A stretch of 64,000 nt of DNA from the NCBI GenBank assembly GCA_050250695.1, contig JBFWOE010000002.1:2579-66578 (forward strand), given 5' to 3'. The position numbers were made by a program, and so were the translations under genes. The notes beneath the pieces are model-generated. The model saw nothing but the letters and a program-made list of their open reading frames with translations, did not search any database and had not been told where the DNA came from. Of this stretch, positions 41,724 to 51,521 are shown in pieces. How positions within the stretch are numbered: position 1 is the stretch's first letter; each line of letters starts with the position of its first letter. This stretch comes from Burkholderiales bacterium. Its GTDB lineage: Bacteria > Pseudomonadota > Gammaproteobacteria > Burkholderiales > SG8-41.

Positions 41724-42423
41724 GGGTCACCAGAAAATAAACGAATATCGCCAGGCTCAGCGCATACCACTGGAATGCGTAAGCGAGGTGCGTATTGCGT
41801 CCGAGATCGGGACGGCTCCACTCACGCACCAGCCCGTCATCGGCGACGCCGTCCTGCTGGATCACGAACGGCTGCAGTTCGAGGCCGGTTGCCTGCCGGT
41901 AACGCTCGAACACCAGGTTCTGCCATACATTGCCCTCTGCAACCTTGGTCGACAATTCCAGGTAGCGTTCGCTGTACGCAACCGCCACACCCTGTACGAC
42001 CTGCTCACCCGCCGGCGTGACGACCGCCGGCAGGCTGCGGTCGCGCGGACTTGCCACCCAGCCGCGATTCACCAGCACGTAACGTCGGGATCCGGCGATG
42101 CGCAGAGGCGTCGCCACGTGGAACCCCGGACGATGCTTATGGATGCGGTTGTCGACAAACACCGTGAATTTCGGTTCGAACTCACCGCGCACCTCGACCC
42201 TGCGCAGCAGCACCTCGTCACGCTCCATGACCCGCCCGCCAACGCTCACCGCGGGCTGTCGCCCCAGCGTGTCGTAACGCGCCTGCAGGTCCTCCTTGTA
42301 TTGCGCGCGCCCGACCTGCCACTGCGCGAGCGCCAGCGTCAACGCGATGCCGGCGACCGCGGCCACCCCCGGCCACAGCCGGGGGCGAAACTCGAATGCC
42401 ATGATCCTGATTGCTGCCATCAA
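41701..42423 (-). CDS. SURF1 family cytochrome oxidase assembly protein
   Basis: Two terminal TM helices and the SURF1 periplasmic core (GF.V.TPL.......VLVNRGWV, H..YA.QW). The start could be a few codons downstream. Confidence 0.85.
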   Translation of the reverse strand: MMAAIRIMAFEFRPRLWPGVAAVAGIALTLALAQWQVGRAQYKEDLQARYDTLGRQPAVSVGGRVMERDEVLLRRVEVRGEFEPKFTVFVDNRIHKHRPGFHVATPLRIAGSRRYVLVNRGWVASPRDRSLPAVVTPAGEQVVQGVAVAYSERYLELSTKVAEGNVWQNLVFERYRQATGLELQPFVIQQDGVADDGLVREWSRPDLGRNTHLAYAFQWYALSLAIFVYFLVTHVKRRTT

Positions 42424-42452
42424 ACATCCTGCCGGGTTAAACTCGGGTTGCC

Positions 42453-42647
42453 ATGCGCATCGTCGTCATACTGTTCATCGTCGTCATACTGGCCAGCCTC
42501 GGCTCCGCCCTGTATTACATGGTCAGGGACCGCGGCACCACCGAACGCACCGCAAAAGCCCTGACCATACGGATTGTGCTGTCCATCGCGCTGTTCCTGC
42601 TGCTGATGATCGGCTTCCAGACCGGACTGATCACCACCCGTCTGTAG
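42453..42647 (+). CDS. twin-transmembrane-helix small protein (DUF2909-like)
   Basis: 64 aa with two hydrophobic helices separated by a basic loop (RDRGTTERTAKALT). Usual divergent neighbour of SURF1 in cox clusters. Confidence 0.65.
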   Translation: MRIVVILFIVVILASLGSALYYMVRDRGTTERTAKALTIRIVLSIALFLLLMIGFQTGLITTRL

Positions 42648-42701
42648 ACCTCCTGCCACGTCAGGCCGTTCCGGCACACCCCGAAAAAAGCGATATCCGC
42701 C

Positions 42702-42727
42702 AAAAAAAACGCCGCGATCTCGCGGCG
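42702..42727 (-). terminator. rho-independent terminator after ctaE
   Basis: On the minus strand, the CGCCGCGAGATCGCGGCG palindrome is followed by TTTTTTTTGG. Confidence 0.5.
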
Positions 42728-42817
42728 CCCAAATCCCCCAGCGGGGGTACCTCCTCCCCGTGCAAATCGCGCTATTCCGGCGTTGCGGGCCGTTTGCGCG
42801 ATTCGCCGCCTGAATTC

Positions 42818-43672
42818 CTAGAGCCAGTAGACAAACACGAACAGGATCAGCCAGACCACGTCCACGAAGTGCCAGTACCAGGCCACGCCTTCGAACCCGA
42901 AATGGCTGTCGGCCTTGAAATGCCCGGCAACGCTGCGAAACAGGATCACCCACAGCATGATGGTGCCGACGGTCACGTGGAAACCGTGGAAACCGGTAAG
43001 CATGAAAAACGTCGCGCCGTAGGCGCCCATCGTCAGCTTGAGATTGAGGTCCGAATAGGCATGCGCGTATTCATAAATCTGGAAACCGAGGAAAATCATG
43101 CCCAGGGCGATGGTCATCACCAAACCCCAGATCAGCTGGGTGCGGTTGTTTTTCAACAGTCCCCAGTGCGCCCAGGTGATGGTCGCGCCGGAAGTCAGCA
43201 GTATCGCGGTGTTCAGTGCCGGAATGCCCCAGGCACCCATCGGCGAGAAGCTTTCCTTGATGCCGGGACCGCTGACAGGCCAGTCCGCCTTGAAGTTCGG
43301 CCACAGCAGCTGCTGGTGTTCCAGGGAACCCAGATCGGGCACCGAAATCACCCGCATGTAGAACAACACGCCGAAAAAGGCGGCGAAAAACATGACTTCC
43401 GAAAAAATGAACCAGCCCATGCCCCAGCGGAACGAGACATCGACCTGCTTGTTGTATTTACCCCCCTCGGATTCATGGGCGACGGTGGTGAACCAGCCGG
43501 CGAACATGAAAAACAGGGTCAGGAAACCGATGCCGAGCAGCACGTAACCCACCGGCATGTGGTTGACGGTGAAGGACGCGCCGAAACCCAGAAAGCCAAT
43601 CGCTATGGATGCGACGATCGGCCAGTGTGAAGGGTCCGGCAGGTAGTAGTTGCCCGATGTTTGACTCGACAT
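42818..43672 (-). CDS. ctaE: cytochrome c oxidase subunit III
   Basis: Seven TM helices and conserved motifs (FFMLTGFHGFHVTVG, WYWHFVDVVWL). Confidence 0.9.
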   Translation of the reverse strand: MSSQTSGNYYLPDPSHWPIVASIAIGFLGFGASFTVNHMPVGYVLLGIGFLTLFFMFAGWFTTVAHESEGGKYNKQVDVSFRWGMGWFIFSEVMFFAAFFGVLFYMRVISVPDLGSLEHQQLLWPNFKADWPVSGPGIKESFSPMGAWGIPALNTAILLTSGATITWAHWGLLKNNRTQLIWGLVMTIALGMIFLGFQIYEYAHAYSDLNLKLTMGAYGATFFMLTGFHGFHVTVGTIMLWVILFRSVAGHFKADSHFGFEGVAWYWHFVDVVWLILFVFVYWL

Positions 43673-43726
43673 GACGTTCTCCCTGAATCCTTGCTTGTGT
43701 TGACTGCTTGATCCGTTACCTGGCCG

Positions 43727-43921
43727 TCAGCGGATGACCCATTGCACCACGGACACCACGGTTGCCACAAAAACCGCCCCTGCCATGACGCCGACGATGA
43801 TGACCTGCAGCGGCGTCACTTCGATTTTTTCATGCTCAGCGCGCTTGCGGATGCCGAGAAATGCCGACAGCACCATGCGTATCACCTGGAACAGGGTTGC
43901 CTTGCGCCGGGTGCCAGCCAT
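43727..43921 (-). CDS. DUF2970-like small membrane protein
   Basis: ATG 43921 with GGAGG 5 nt upstream. FLGIRKRAEHEK followed by a single TM helix. Conserved between ctaG and ctaE in beta/gamma-proteobacterial clusters. Confidence 0.6.
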   Translation of the reverse strand: MAGTRRKATLFQVIRMVLSAFLGIRKRAEHEKIEVTPLQVIIVGVMAGAVFVATVVSVVQWVIR

Positions 43922-43932
43922 CGCCACCTCCA

Positions 43933-44502
43933 TCATCCCTGCACCCCGGCCTTGGCCTTCGCCGGCGGCAGTGCCGCACCCTTGACCTCAAAAAAAGTGT
44001 AGGACAGCGTGATGGTATTGACGTCGGCAGGCAGCGTGGAATCGATGACGAACTGCACCGGCATGCGCTTGGATTCCCCTGCCTGCAGCGGCTGCTGCTT
44101 GAAGCAGAAACATTCCATTTTCTTGACGTGTGGCGCTGCGTGCTTGGGACCGTAGCTCGGTATCGCCTGCCCCACGATGCCCTTGGCGCCGTTGTTGCGC
44201 ACGTCATATTCGACCTGGATCATTTCCCCCGGGTGCACCCGGACGCTGCGCTGCACCGGCTTGAAATCCCACTCCAGTCCGTGCGCGTTGGCATCGAACT
44301 CCAGCGTCACCCAGCGCGACTTGTCGACCTGGGTGTTCTCGACCGCGGCCGCCGGCCGGATCAGGTCATTGATGCCCGTGATCTGGCAGAATTTCTCGTA
44401 GAACGGCACCAGCAGGAAACCGAAACCGAACATCGCTGCCGCGAATATCGACAGTCGCGTCATGAGCCGTCGGTTGTCACGTTCTTTTTTGACGCTTTTC
44501 AT
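43933..44502 (-). CDS. ctaG: cytochrome c oxidase assembly protein CtaG/Cox11
   Basis: N-terminal TM helix and a copper-binding CFCF motif (KMECFCFKQQ). Confidence 0.9.
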   Translation of the reverse strand: MKSVKKERDNRRLMTRLSIFAAAMFGFGFLLVPFYEKFCQITGINDLIRPAAAVENTQVDKSRWVTLEFDANAHGLEWDFKPVQRSVRVHPGEMIQVEYDVRNNGAKGIVGQAIPSYGPKHAAPHVKKMECFCFKQQPLQAGESKRMPVQFVIDSTLPADVNTITLSYTFFEVKGAALPPAKAKAGVQG

Positions 44503-44503
44503 T

Positions 44504-44617
44504 TCATCGCGCCAGCAGGTAATACTTGACCATCACGCCGAAGAAAAACGCGGCAACGATCAGCCACAGCACGACGGCCGTGCGGCGGTTGCTGCGTTTG
44601 ACTTCGGCCTGCGCCAT
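44504..44617 (-). CDS. 37-aa small membrane protein (cytochrome oxidase small assembly protein-like)
   Basis: Not in the ORF track because it is too short. Translates as MAQAEVKRSNRRTAVVLWLIVAAFFFGVMVKYYLLAR. It fills the ctaD-ctaG gap exactly: the ATG is 4 nt after the ctaD stop, and its stop is 1 nt before the ctaG ATG. Confidence 0.5.
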   Translation of the reverse strand: MAQAEVKRSNRRTAVVLWLIVAAFFFGVMVKYYLLAR

Positions 44618-44621
44618 CACC

Positions 44622-46220
44622 TTATTTCACCACCGGCGGCGTCACGAAGCTGTGGTACGGGGCCGGTGACGGCAGGTGCGTCCACTCCAGACTGTCAGCG
44701 CCCTCCCACTGGCGGTCCGCGGCCTTCTCGCCGCTGGTGATGGTCTTGATCACGACATAAAGGAACAGCAGCTGCGACAGGCCGAAACCCCATGCACCAA
44801 TCGACGAGATTGCATTGAATTCGGCGAACTGCAGCGCGTAGTCGGGAATCCGCCGCGGCATGCCGGCCAGACCCAGGAAATGCTGGACAAAAAAGGTGAC
44901 GTTGAAAAACACCAGCGACAGCCAGAAGTGCCATTTGCCCAGCGTTTCGTTGTACATCCGGCCGGTCCATTTCGGCAGCCAGAAATAGATGCCGGCAAAC
45001 GCCGAGAACAGCGCGCCCGCCACCATCACGTAGTGGAAATGAGCCACCACGTAGTACGTGTCATGCAGCTGGATGTCGACCGGCGCAATCGACAACACCA
45101 GTCCGGTGAACCCGCCCAGCGTAAACAGGAACAGGAAGCCCAGCGCGAACAGCATCGGCGTCTCGAACGTCAATGAGCCCTTCCACATCGTCGCCACCCA
45201 GTTGAACACCTTGACGCCGGTGGGTACCGCGATCAGTACCGTCGCATACATGAAGTAGAGCTGGGCTTCGACCGGCATGCCGGCGGTATACATGTGATGC
45301 GCCCAGACCATGAATGACAGGATCGCGATCGACGCCGTGGCATAAACCATCGAGGCATAACCGAACAGCGGCTTGCGCGAAAACGCGGGAATCACCTGCG
45401 ACACCACGCCGAAAGCGGGGATCGCAATGATGTAGACCTCGGGATGGCCGAAGAACCAGAAAATATGCTGGTAGAGCACCGGATCACCGCCGCCGGCTGC
45501 GTTGAAAAAGTGGGTGCCGAAATGGCGGTCGGTCAGGGTCATGGTCACCGCGCCTGCAAGCACCGGCATCACGGCAACCAGCAGGTAGGCGGTGATCAGC
45601 CAGGTCCAGCAGAACAGCGGCATCTTCATCAGCGTCATCCCGGGGGCGCGCATGTTGAGGATGGTGGTGATGATGTTGATCGATCCCATGATCGACGACA
45701 TGCCGAGAATGTGCACCGCGAAAATCGTCAGGTCCATCGCAGGTCCGGCCTGGGTCGACAGCGGGGCATAAAGCGTCCAGCCCACGCCGGCGCCGCCGCC
45801 CGGCATGAACTGGGCAGTAATCAGCAGCATGGCCGCCGGGGGCAGCAGCCAGAACGACAGGTTGTTCATGCGCGGGAATGCCATGTCCGGCGCGCCGATC
45901 TGCATCGGGATCAGCCAGTTCGCGAACCCCACGAATGCCGGCATGATCGCGCCGAACACCATGATCAGGCCATGATAGGTCGTCATCGAATTGAAGAAGT
46001 CCGGCTGCACGATCTGCAGGCCGGGCTGGAACAACTCGGAGCGGATGATCAGCGCCATGACGCCGCCGACCAGGAACATGGTGAAACTGAACCACAGGTA
46101 CATCGTGCCGATGTCCTTGTGGTTGGTCGACTTGACCCAGCGCATGATGCCCGTGGGCTTGTGCGCGTGATCGTCATGGCCGTGATCGTGGCCGTGGGCG
46201 GGTGCGTGTGCTGCTTCCAT
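44622..46220 (-). CDS. ctaD: cytochrome c oxidase subunit I
   Basis: 12 TM helices. Heme-copper oxidase signatures (WFFGHPEVYI, HHMYT, GG.TG, VAHFHYV). Confidence 0.95.
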   Translation of the reverse strand: MEAAHAPAHGHDHGHDDHAHKPTGIMRWVKSTNHKDIGTMYLWFSFTMFLVGGVMALIIRSELFQPGLQIVQPDFFNSMTTYHGLIMVFGAIMPAFVGFANWLIPMQIGAPDMAFPRMNNLSFWLLPPAAMLLITAQFMPGGGAGVGWTLYAPLSTQAGPAMDLTIFAVHILGMSSIMGSINIITTILNMRAPGMTLMKMPLFCWTWLITAYLLVAVMPVLAGAVTMTLTDRHFGTHFFNAAGGGDPVLYQHIFWFFGHPEVYIIAIPAFGVVSQVIPAFSRKPLFGYASMVYATASIAILSFMVWAHHMYTAGMPVEAQLYFMYATVLIAVPTGVKVFNWVATMWKGSLTFETPMLFALGFLFLFTLGGFTGLVLSIAPVDIQLHDTYYVVAHFHYVMVAGALFSAFAGIYFWLPKWTGRMYNETLGKWHFWLSLVFFNVTFFVQHFLGLAGMPRRIPDYALQFAEFNAISSIGAWGFGLSQLLFLYVVIKTITSGEKAADRQWEGADSLEWTHLPSPAPYHSFVTPPVVK

Positions 46221-46255
46221 TGGGTTTCTCCTGAAGCCTGTATTCGTTCGCCGGG

Positions 46256-47392
46256 TTAACGCAGGGCCTTGACGTCGGCCGGCGCAATTGCCTCGCCGGT
46301 CTTGTTGTTCCAGTTATTGCGGGTATAGGTGATCACCGCAGCCAGATCAACATCGGACAGCCCCTTGAAGGAATTCATTGCCGTGCCCTGTTTGCCGTTC
46401 AGCACCAGCTTGATCTGATCGGCCTTCGGCCCGTTGACCATTTTCGATCCCGACAGTGCCGGAAATGCGCCGGGAACGCCCATGCCAGTGGCCTGGTGAC
46501 AGGCCACGCAGTTTTGGGCATAGATTTTCTCGCCGCGGGCCTTCAGCTCGTCCAGCGTCCAGGCCTTGTTGGGATCGACCTTGTTGGTGGCCATTTTTTT
46601 CTGCTGCGCTGCGACCCAGGCGCTGTACTGCGCCGGCTCCATCACCTCGACGACGATCGGCATGAACCCGTGATCCTTGCCGCAAAGCTCGGCGCACTGC
46701 CCGCGGTAGATGCCCGGCTTGTCGGCCCTGAACCAGGTGTCGCGGATGAACCCGGGCACGGCATCCTGCTTGACCGCCAGCGCGGGGACATACCAGGCAT
46801 GGATCACGTCCGCCGCAGTGGTCAGTACGCGAATTTTCTTGCCGACGGGCACCACCACGTGGTTGTCGGTCTCGAGCAGGTAATTCGGATTCTTGTTGCG
46901 CCCTTCGATATCGCGGCCGTCGATCTGCGCCTTCGGTGTCGACAGGGTGCTGTAGAAGCTGATGCCCTCGCCCTCGCCCTTCAGGTAGTCGTAGCCCCAT
47001 TTCCACTGGTAACCGGTCGCCTTGATGGTCATGTCCGGCTCGGAGGTGTCGCGCATGCTGATCAGCGTGCTGGTCGCCGGCACCGCCATTGCGATCAGGA
47101 TCACGAAGGGGATCAGCGTCCACGCCACCTCGACCGCGGTGTTTTCGTGGAACTGCGCAGCCTTGTGACCGACCGACTTGCGGTGCTTGAACACCGCGTA
47201 GAACATGAAACCGAAAACACCGACAAAAATGAAAAAACAGATGACCGTGATGATGGTGTGCAGGTCATAGATCTTTTCGCCGAGCTGCGTATTCGGCGTC
47301 TGCAGGTTGAGCTTGTATTCCGCCCATGCCGCGGCCGTCCAAAACCACATCAGTCCTGCTGCGGCCCACTTCTTCAACCCCTTGTTGCCCAT
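46256..47392 (-). CDS. ctaC: cytochrome c oxidase subunit II with C-terminal cytochrome c domain
   Basis: ATG 47392 with GGGGGAAG upstream. CuA site HAWYVP...CAELCGKDHGFM. C-terminal CVACH heme-c motif. The longer ORF-track N-terminus is rejected. Confidence 0.9.
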   Translation of the reverse strand: MGNKGLKKWAAAGLMWFWTAAAWAEYKLNLQTPNTQLGEKIYDLHTIITVICFFIFVGVFGFMFYAVFKHRKSVGHKAAQFHENTAVEVAWTLIPFVILIAMAVPATSTLISMRDTSEPDMTIKATGYQWKWGYDYLKGEGEGISFYSTLSTPKAQIDGRDIEGRNKNPNYLLETDNHVVVPVGKKIRVLTTAADVIHAWYVPALAVKQDAVPGFIRDTWFRADKPGIYRGQCAELCGKDHGFMPIVVEVMEPAQYSAWVAAQQKKMATNKVDPNKAWTLDELKARGEKIYAQNCVACHQATGMGVPGAFPALSGSKMVNGPKADQIKLVLNGKQGTAMNSFKGLSDVDLAAVITYTRNNWNNKTGEAIAPADVKALR

Positions 47393-47423
47393 TCTTCCCC
47401 CGCTCATAAAGCCCGATTGATCT

Positions 47424-47906
47424 TCAGCTTCGCCAGCCAGCCAGCCGGTTGCGCAACTCGCGCTCCAGCAGGCGGCGGCTTTCCTCGCCGCAGTACCGCC
47501 CGACGGCCACTTCCCTGCCGTGCGAACGCAACGCAATGCTTCCGGCCTTGCCGCTGACCAGCCGCGCCCAGCACCGGTTAAATTCAACCTGCTGTACCTG
47601 GCCCCGCTCCCTGATTTCGAACAGGATACGGTCACCGTTCACTGCCAGACGCTCGAAATCCCCGGCGCGCCTGAGCGTCACCCATGCCGCCATGGCCAGT
47701 CCGGCAATCTCGGCACCGGCAAACGGAATGATGAGCCACGCTCCCGCAGCCGCAAAAGCCACCGCAACAAGCAGGGAAAATGCCGCCAGCGAACCGAACA
47801 CCAGTTTCAGCAATTGCAAATCCAGTGAACTGGCATGGCGCCTGAAGTACGTGAACCCGGCGCCTTCCTGCTCCAAATCCGACTCCAAAAGTGTCTCTCT
47901 GGTCAC
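47424..47906 (-). CDS. DUF2244-like integral membrane protein
   Basis: Two adjacent TM helices near the N-terminus followed by a soluble domain. Typical gene immediately upstream of ctaC. Family assignment is from memory of the architecture. Confidence 0.6.
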   Translation of the reverse strand: MTRETLLESDLEQEGAGFTYFRRHASSLDLQLLKLVFGSLAAFSLLVAVAFAAAGAWLIIPFAGAEIAGLAMAAWVTLRRAGDFERLAVNGDRILFEIRERGQVQQVEFNRCWARLVSGKAGSIALRSHGREVAVGRYCGEESRRLLERELRNRLAGWRS

Positions 47907-48001
47907 CGGCGCCGACCATCCATTTCAACCGCGCGGACTGTAGCACAACCGCAGGGGCGGTCGCAACAGAAATGCCCCATGAAATCAGTCGGTTTTCCCT
48001 C

Positions 48002-48709
48002 TTAAATGAGCGTATTCAATCGACTGATATCCAGCGCCTGAGCCACGCTTTCCGGCCGTGGTTTTCGGGCGTGCCGGATGCGCCCCAGCAACGGCGCCCC
48101 GAGCCGCTTGCGCAAACCATCGAGATTCTGATCCCGCCGCGACATGCCGGCATCGATTTCATTGGCCACCCAACCGGCAAAAATCAGGCCACGCGACCGC
48201 AGCGCCTCGGCGCTCAGCAGTGCGTGATTCAGGCAACCCAGCCGCATGCCAACCACCAGTACCACCGGCAGCCCGAGCCGCAGTGGAATATCCGCTACCA
48301 CATGCCTGGAACCCAGGGGCACCAGCAGGCCACCGGCACCCTCGACCACCACCACGTCGGCACGCCGGGCGAGGCATGCGTATTTAGCGGCAATCCGCGC
48401 GATGCTTATCACCTGGCCGACCTCGTTTGCCGCAATATGCGGCGCAATCGCCGGGGCAAAACAAAAGGGATTAACCCACTGCAGCGGCGAGTCCACATTG
48501 CCTGCTGCTCGAAGCTGCGCGACGTCCTCGTTGTACCAGGCTCCGCGGATGCGCCGCGCCCCGGCGGCCACGGGTTTCATGCCGGCAACGCGCAGTCCTA
48601 TGGCGGACAGTCCGCGGAGCACGGCGCAGGCGACCAGGGTTTTGCCGACGCCTGTATCGGTGCCGGCGATGAACACCCCGCGCGCCGATGGCGCTCTCCG
48701 CCCGGGCAT
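48002..48709 (-). CDS. bioD: dethiobiotin synthetase
   Basis: ATG 48709. P-loop GTDTGVGKT, 235 aa. Confidence 0.85.
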   Translation of the reverse strand: MPGRRAPSARGVFIAGTDTGVGKTLVACAVLRGLSAIGLRVAGMKPVAAGARRIRGAWYNEDVAQLRAAGNVDSPLQWVNPFCFAPAIAPHIAANEVGQVISIARIAAKYACLARRADVVVVEGAGGLLVPLGSRHVVADIPLRLGLPVVLVVGMRLGCLNHALLSAEALRSRGLIFAGWVANEIDAGMSRRDQNLDGLRKRLGAPLLGRIRHARKPRPESVAQALDISRLNTLI

Positions 48710-48710
48710 C

Positions 48711-49586
48711 TCAGGCTCCCCGCACCGGCTTGATGTCGATGACCGGGCGCCCGCCCGGGCCGGAACGCGGTTGCGGACACCATGCATGTCCGTAGATCAC
48801 TTCGAATGTGGCCGGCAATCTGCCATCGCGGCGCCATTGTTCGTAATTTCGCTCCACCTGCGCAAACCACGCCTTGCCCGACAGCGCGGACGGCCGGTCC
48901 AGGGCGGCGTTGCGTGCGCCTATGGCTTGCAGGTCGCGCATCACGCCCCTGACATCATCGTAAGTCAGTGTGAAGGTCTCCATGTCGATCACCGGATCGG
49001 CAAAACCTGCCTGCACCAGCATATCGCCAATATCGTGCATGTCGATGAAGCCGCTGCCGTGAACATGGCCGTCGGTGTCGGCCTGGGCGGCACGCAGTTC
49101 CTTCAGCGTATCCGGACCGAAAGTGGTGAACATGCACAGTCCGCCCGGCGTGAGCACGCGGCGCAGTCCCGCAAATGCCTGCGGCAGGGCATTCACCCAT
49201 TGCAGCGCGAGGTTGCTCCAGACCAGATCGATGCAGCCGTTTTTCAGCGGCAACCGTTCCAGGTCACCGCAAACCGCCGACGGCAGGTGCCGCAACAGGC
49301 GCTGATGCCAGGGTACCGCCGCGCGAGCCTTCTGCAGCATGCCCGGGGCCAGGTCGAGGGCAATGACGCGCGCACCGGGGTAACGCGAAGCGAGCCCGCG
49401 CCAGGCGTTGCCGGTGCCGCACCCGGCATCGAGGATAAGCTTCGGCCGATGACGTATGAAGTCAAGCCGGTCGAGGCTGCGACGGCAGACTTCATGCTGC
49501 AATACCGCCGCCGCATCGTAGGTATCCGCAGCGCGATCGAATGAGCGTCGCACGGCACGCTTGTCGAGAATCGGTTTATCGCTCAC
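48711..49586 (-). CDS. bioC: malonyl-[ACP] O-methyltransferase
   Basis: SAM-binding ILDAGCGTG. YDAAAVLQHEV N-terminal motif typical of BioC. Confidence 0.85.
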   Translation of the reverse strand: MSDKPILDKRAVRRSFDRAADTYDAAAVLQHEVCRRSLDRLDFIRHRPKLILDAGCGTGNAWRGLASRYPGARVIALDLAPGMLQKARAAVPWHQRLLRHLPSAVCGDLERLPLKNGCIDLVWSNLALQWVNALPQAFAGLRRVLTPGGLCMFTTFGPDTLKELRAAQADTDGHVHGSGFIDMHDIGDMLVQAGFADPVIDMETFTLTYDDVRGVMRDLQAIGARNAALDRPSALSGKAWFAQVERNYEQWRRDGRLPATFEVIYGHAWCPQPRSGPGGRPVIDIKPVRGA

Positions 49587-50334
49587 GGCAGAATCCGGCT
49601 ATTTTTTCGCACAGGAGATCCGGCGCTGACACAAACGGCGCATGGGCAACGCCGTCGAGCAACTCCAGGCGGGCTCGCGGCAAACATGCCGCGAGGAATT
49701 CGGCTGCGGCAGGAGAGGCAAGCCGGTCTTGCGTGCCGTGCAGGACCAGGGTCGGTTGTCCGATTTCCGGCAACTCCTTGCGCAGGTCCGTCATTCGCAA
49801 CCAGTCCAGCGTATGTGCCAGCACTTCCGGGGCCGGCATCGGACGCGAGGCCAGCGCGGCATCCAGCCGGCGCACCACCGCGCGCGAATGACCGTCGGCC
49901 TGCGCCTGCAACAGGCGGAAGCGTTGCAGCGTTGCCGCAGGGTTGACCTGCAGCGAACTCGCAAACGCCTCGAAATCGGCTGCCGCCATGCCATGCGCCC
50001 AGTCCGGAGCATTGACAAAGCGCGGCGTGGTTGCGAGCAGCACCAGTCGCGTCACCTGCCGCGGGCAATGCCGCGCCCACGAAAGCGCCAGCTGTCCGCC
50101 CAGTGACCAGCCCGCGACAGCACAGCGATCGGGCAGGGCATCAGACAGCCGACCAATCATTTGCTCGATCGTGCATTGCGCAATCCCGGCTTCGATGCCA
50201 TGAAGATCTGGGGCCAGCACTGCAAAGTCCGGCGCAAGGCGCACCGCAAGTTCATCCCACACCCCGCCATGCGTGCCCCAGCCGTGCAGCAGCACCAGCG
50301 GGGGTTTTCCGGCAGGGCTGGCGGCATCGCTCAT
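49576..50334 (-). CDS. bioH: pimeloyl-[ACP] methyl ester esterase
   Basis: ATG 50334 overlaps the bioF stop (ATGA). LVLLHGWG and the nucleophile elbow GWSLGG. Positioned between bioF and bioC. Confidence 0.8.
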   Translation of the reverse strand: MSDAASPAGKPPLVLLHGWGTHGGVWDELAVRLAPDFAVLAPDLHGIEAGIAQCTIEQMIGRLSDALPDRCAVAGWSLGGQLALSWARHCPRQVTRLVLLATTPRFVNAPDWAHGMAAADFEAFASSLQVNPAATLQRFRLLQAQADGHSRAVVRRLDAALASRPMPAPEVLAHTLDWLRMTDLRKELPEIGQPTLVLHGTQDRLASPAAAEFLAACLPRARLELLDGVAHAPFVSAPDLLCEKIAGFCRER

Positions 50335-51485
50335 GCCGCCAGCCGCAGCGCATCGACCAGGCGCGACACATCCGCAGCAACATGATCGGCCGACAGCGAG
50401 ATACGCAGCCGGGCCGTGCCCTGGGGAACCGTCGGCGGCCGGATCGCCGGCACCAGCAAGCCTTGTTCGGCCAGCCTGGCCGACAATGCCAGGGCGTCGG
50501 CATTGCCGCCGATCAACAGCGGCTGGATCGGCGTTTGCGAGGGCAGCAGTTTCCATCGCAGACCGGCGAGGCCCGACCGCAATTGCGAACCCAGCTCGTT
50601 CAGCCGCCCGCGCCGCCAGTCTTCACGTTCGATCAGTTGCAGGCTGGTGAGCAGAGCCTGCGCGAGCAGAGGCGGCGTTGCCGTCGTGTAAATGTAAGTG
50701 CGGGCCTGCTGGACCACGCTCTCGATCAACAGATCACTTCCGGCAATGAATGCGCCGGCCACTCCCGCTGCCTTGCCCAGGGTCGCCATGTAGATCACCC
50801 GCTCCGACTCGATACCGAAATGCGCCAGCGTGCCGCGCCCCTGCGCACCAAGCACGCCGAAACCATGGGCATCATCGACCAGCAGGTAAGCGTCGTGTCG
50901 TTGGCACACCTCCAGCAACGCCGGCACCGCTGCGATGTCGCCGTCCATGCTGAACACCGCATCGACGATCACCAGACGGCGGCGCGCCGCCGTGGTCGCC
51001 AGCAGCCGCTCCAGCGCAACGAGGTCGCCATGCGCATACCGTCTGAAAGTCGCGCGCGACAGTTGCACCGCGTCGTTCAGCGACGCATGGTTGAGCCGGT
51101 CGGCAAATACCGCGTCGCCGCGTCCGACCAACGCGCCGACCACGCCCATGTTGGCCATGTAACCCGTAGAAAAAAGCAGGGCGCGCGGTCGCCGCACGAA
51201 TCGCGCCAGCGCTTCCTCCAGCTCGTGATGCGCCGTACCGTGGCCGAGGATCAAATGCGAAGCGCCGGCACCGACTCCGTAACGTTCAAGGCCCTCGCGC
51301 GCCGCGGCCGCAAGGCGCTGGTCAGCTGCGAGCCCGAGATAATCGTTGGAACAGAAGGCGACGTAATCCCGCCCGTCGACACGGACCCGCGCCCGCTGCG
51401 GCGACTCCAGCAGGCGGCGAGTGCGGCGCAATCCGCGCCGCTCGCGCAGCGCCAGGTCGGCGGCCAGTTCAGCGTACAGCGACAA
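50331..51485 (-). CDS. bioF: 8-amino-7-oxononanoate synthase
   Basis: Alpha-oxoamine synthase family. DDAHGFGVLG and the PLP-lysine region ATLGKAAGVAGAF. Confidence 0.9.
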   Translation of the reverse strand: MSLYAELAADLALRERRGLRRTRRLLESPQRARVRVDGRDYVAFCSNDYLGLAADQRLAAAAREGLERYGVGAGASHLILGHGTAHHELEEALARFVRRPRALLFSTGYMANMGVVGALVGRGDAVFADRLNHASLNDAVQLSRATFRRYAHGDLVALERLLATTAARRRLVIVDAVFSMDGDIAAVPALLEVCQRHDAYLLVDDAHGFGVLGAQGRGTLAHFGIESERVIYMATLGKAAGVAGAFIAGSDLLIESVVQQARTYIYTTATPPLLAQALLTSLQLIEREDWRRGRLNELGSQLRSGLAGLRWKLLPSQTPIQPLLIGGNADALALSARLAEQGLLVPAIRPPTVPQGTARLRISLSADHVAADVSRLVDALRLAA

Positions 51486-51521
51486 GGGACTGGATGTATG
51501 AAGCGCGAAACGGCTGCGCTG

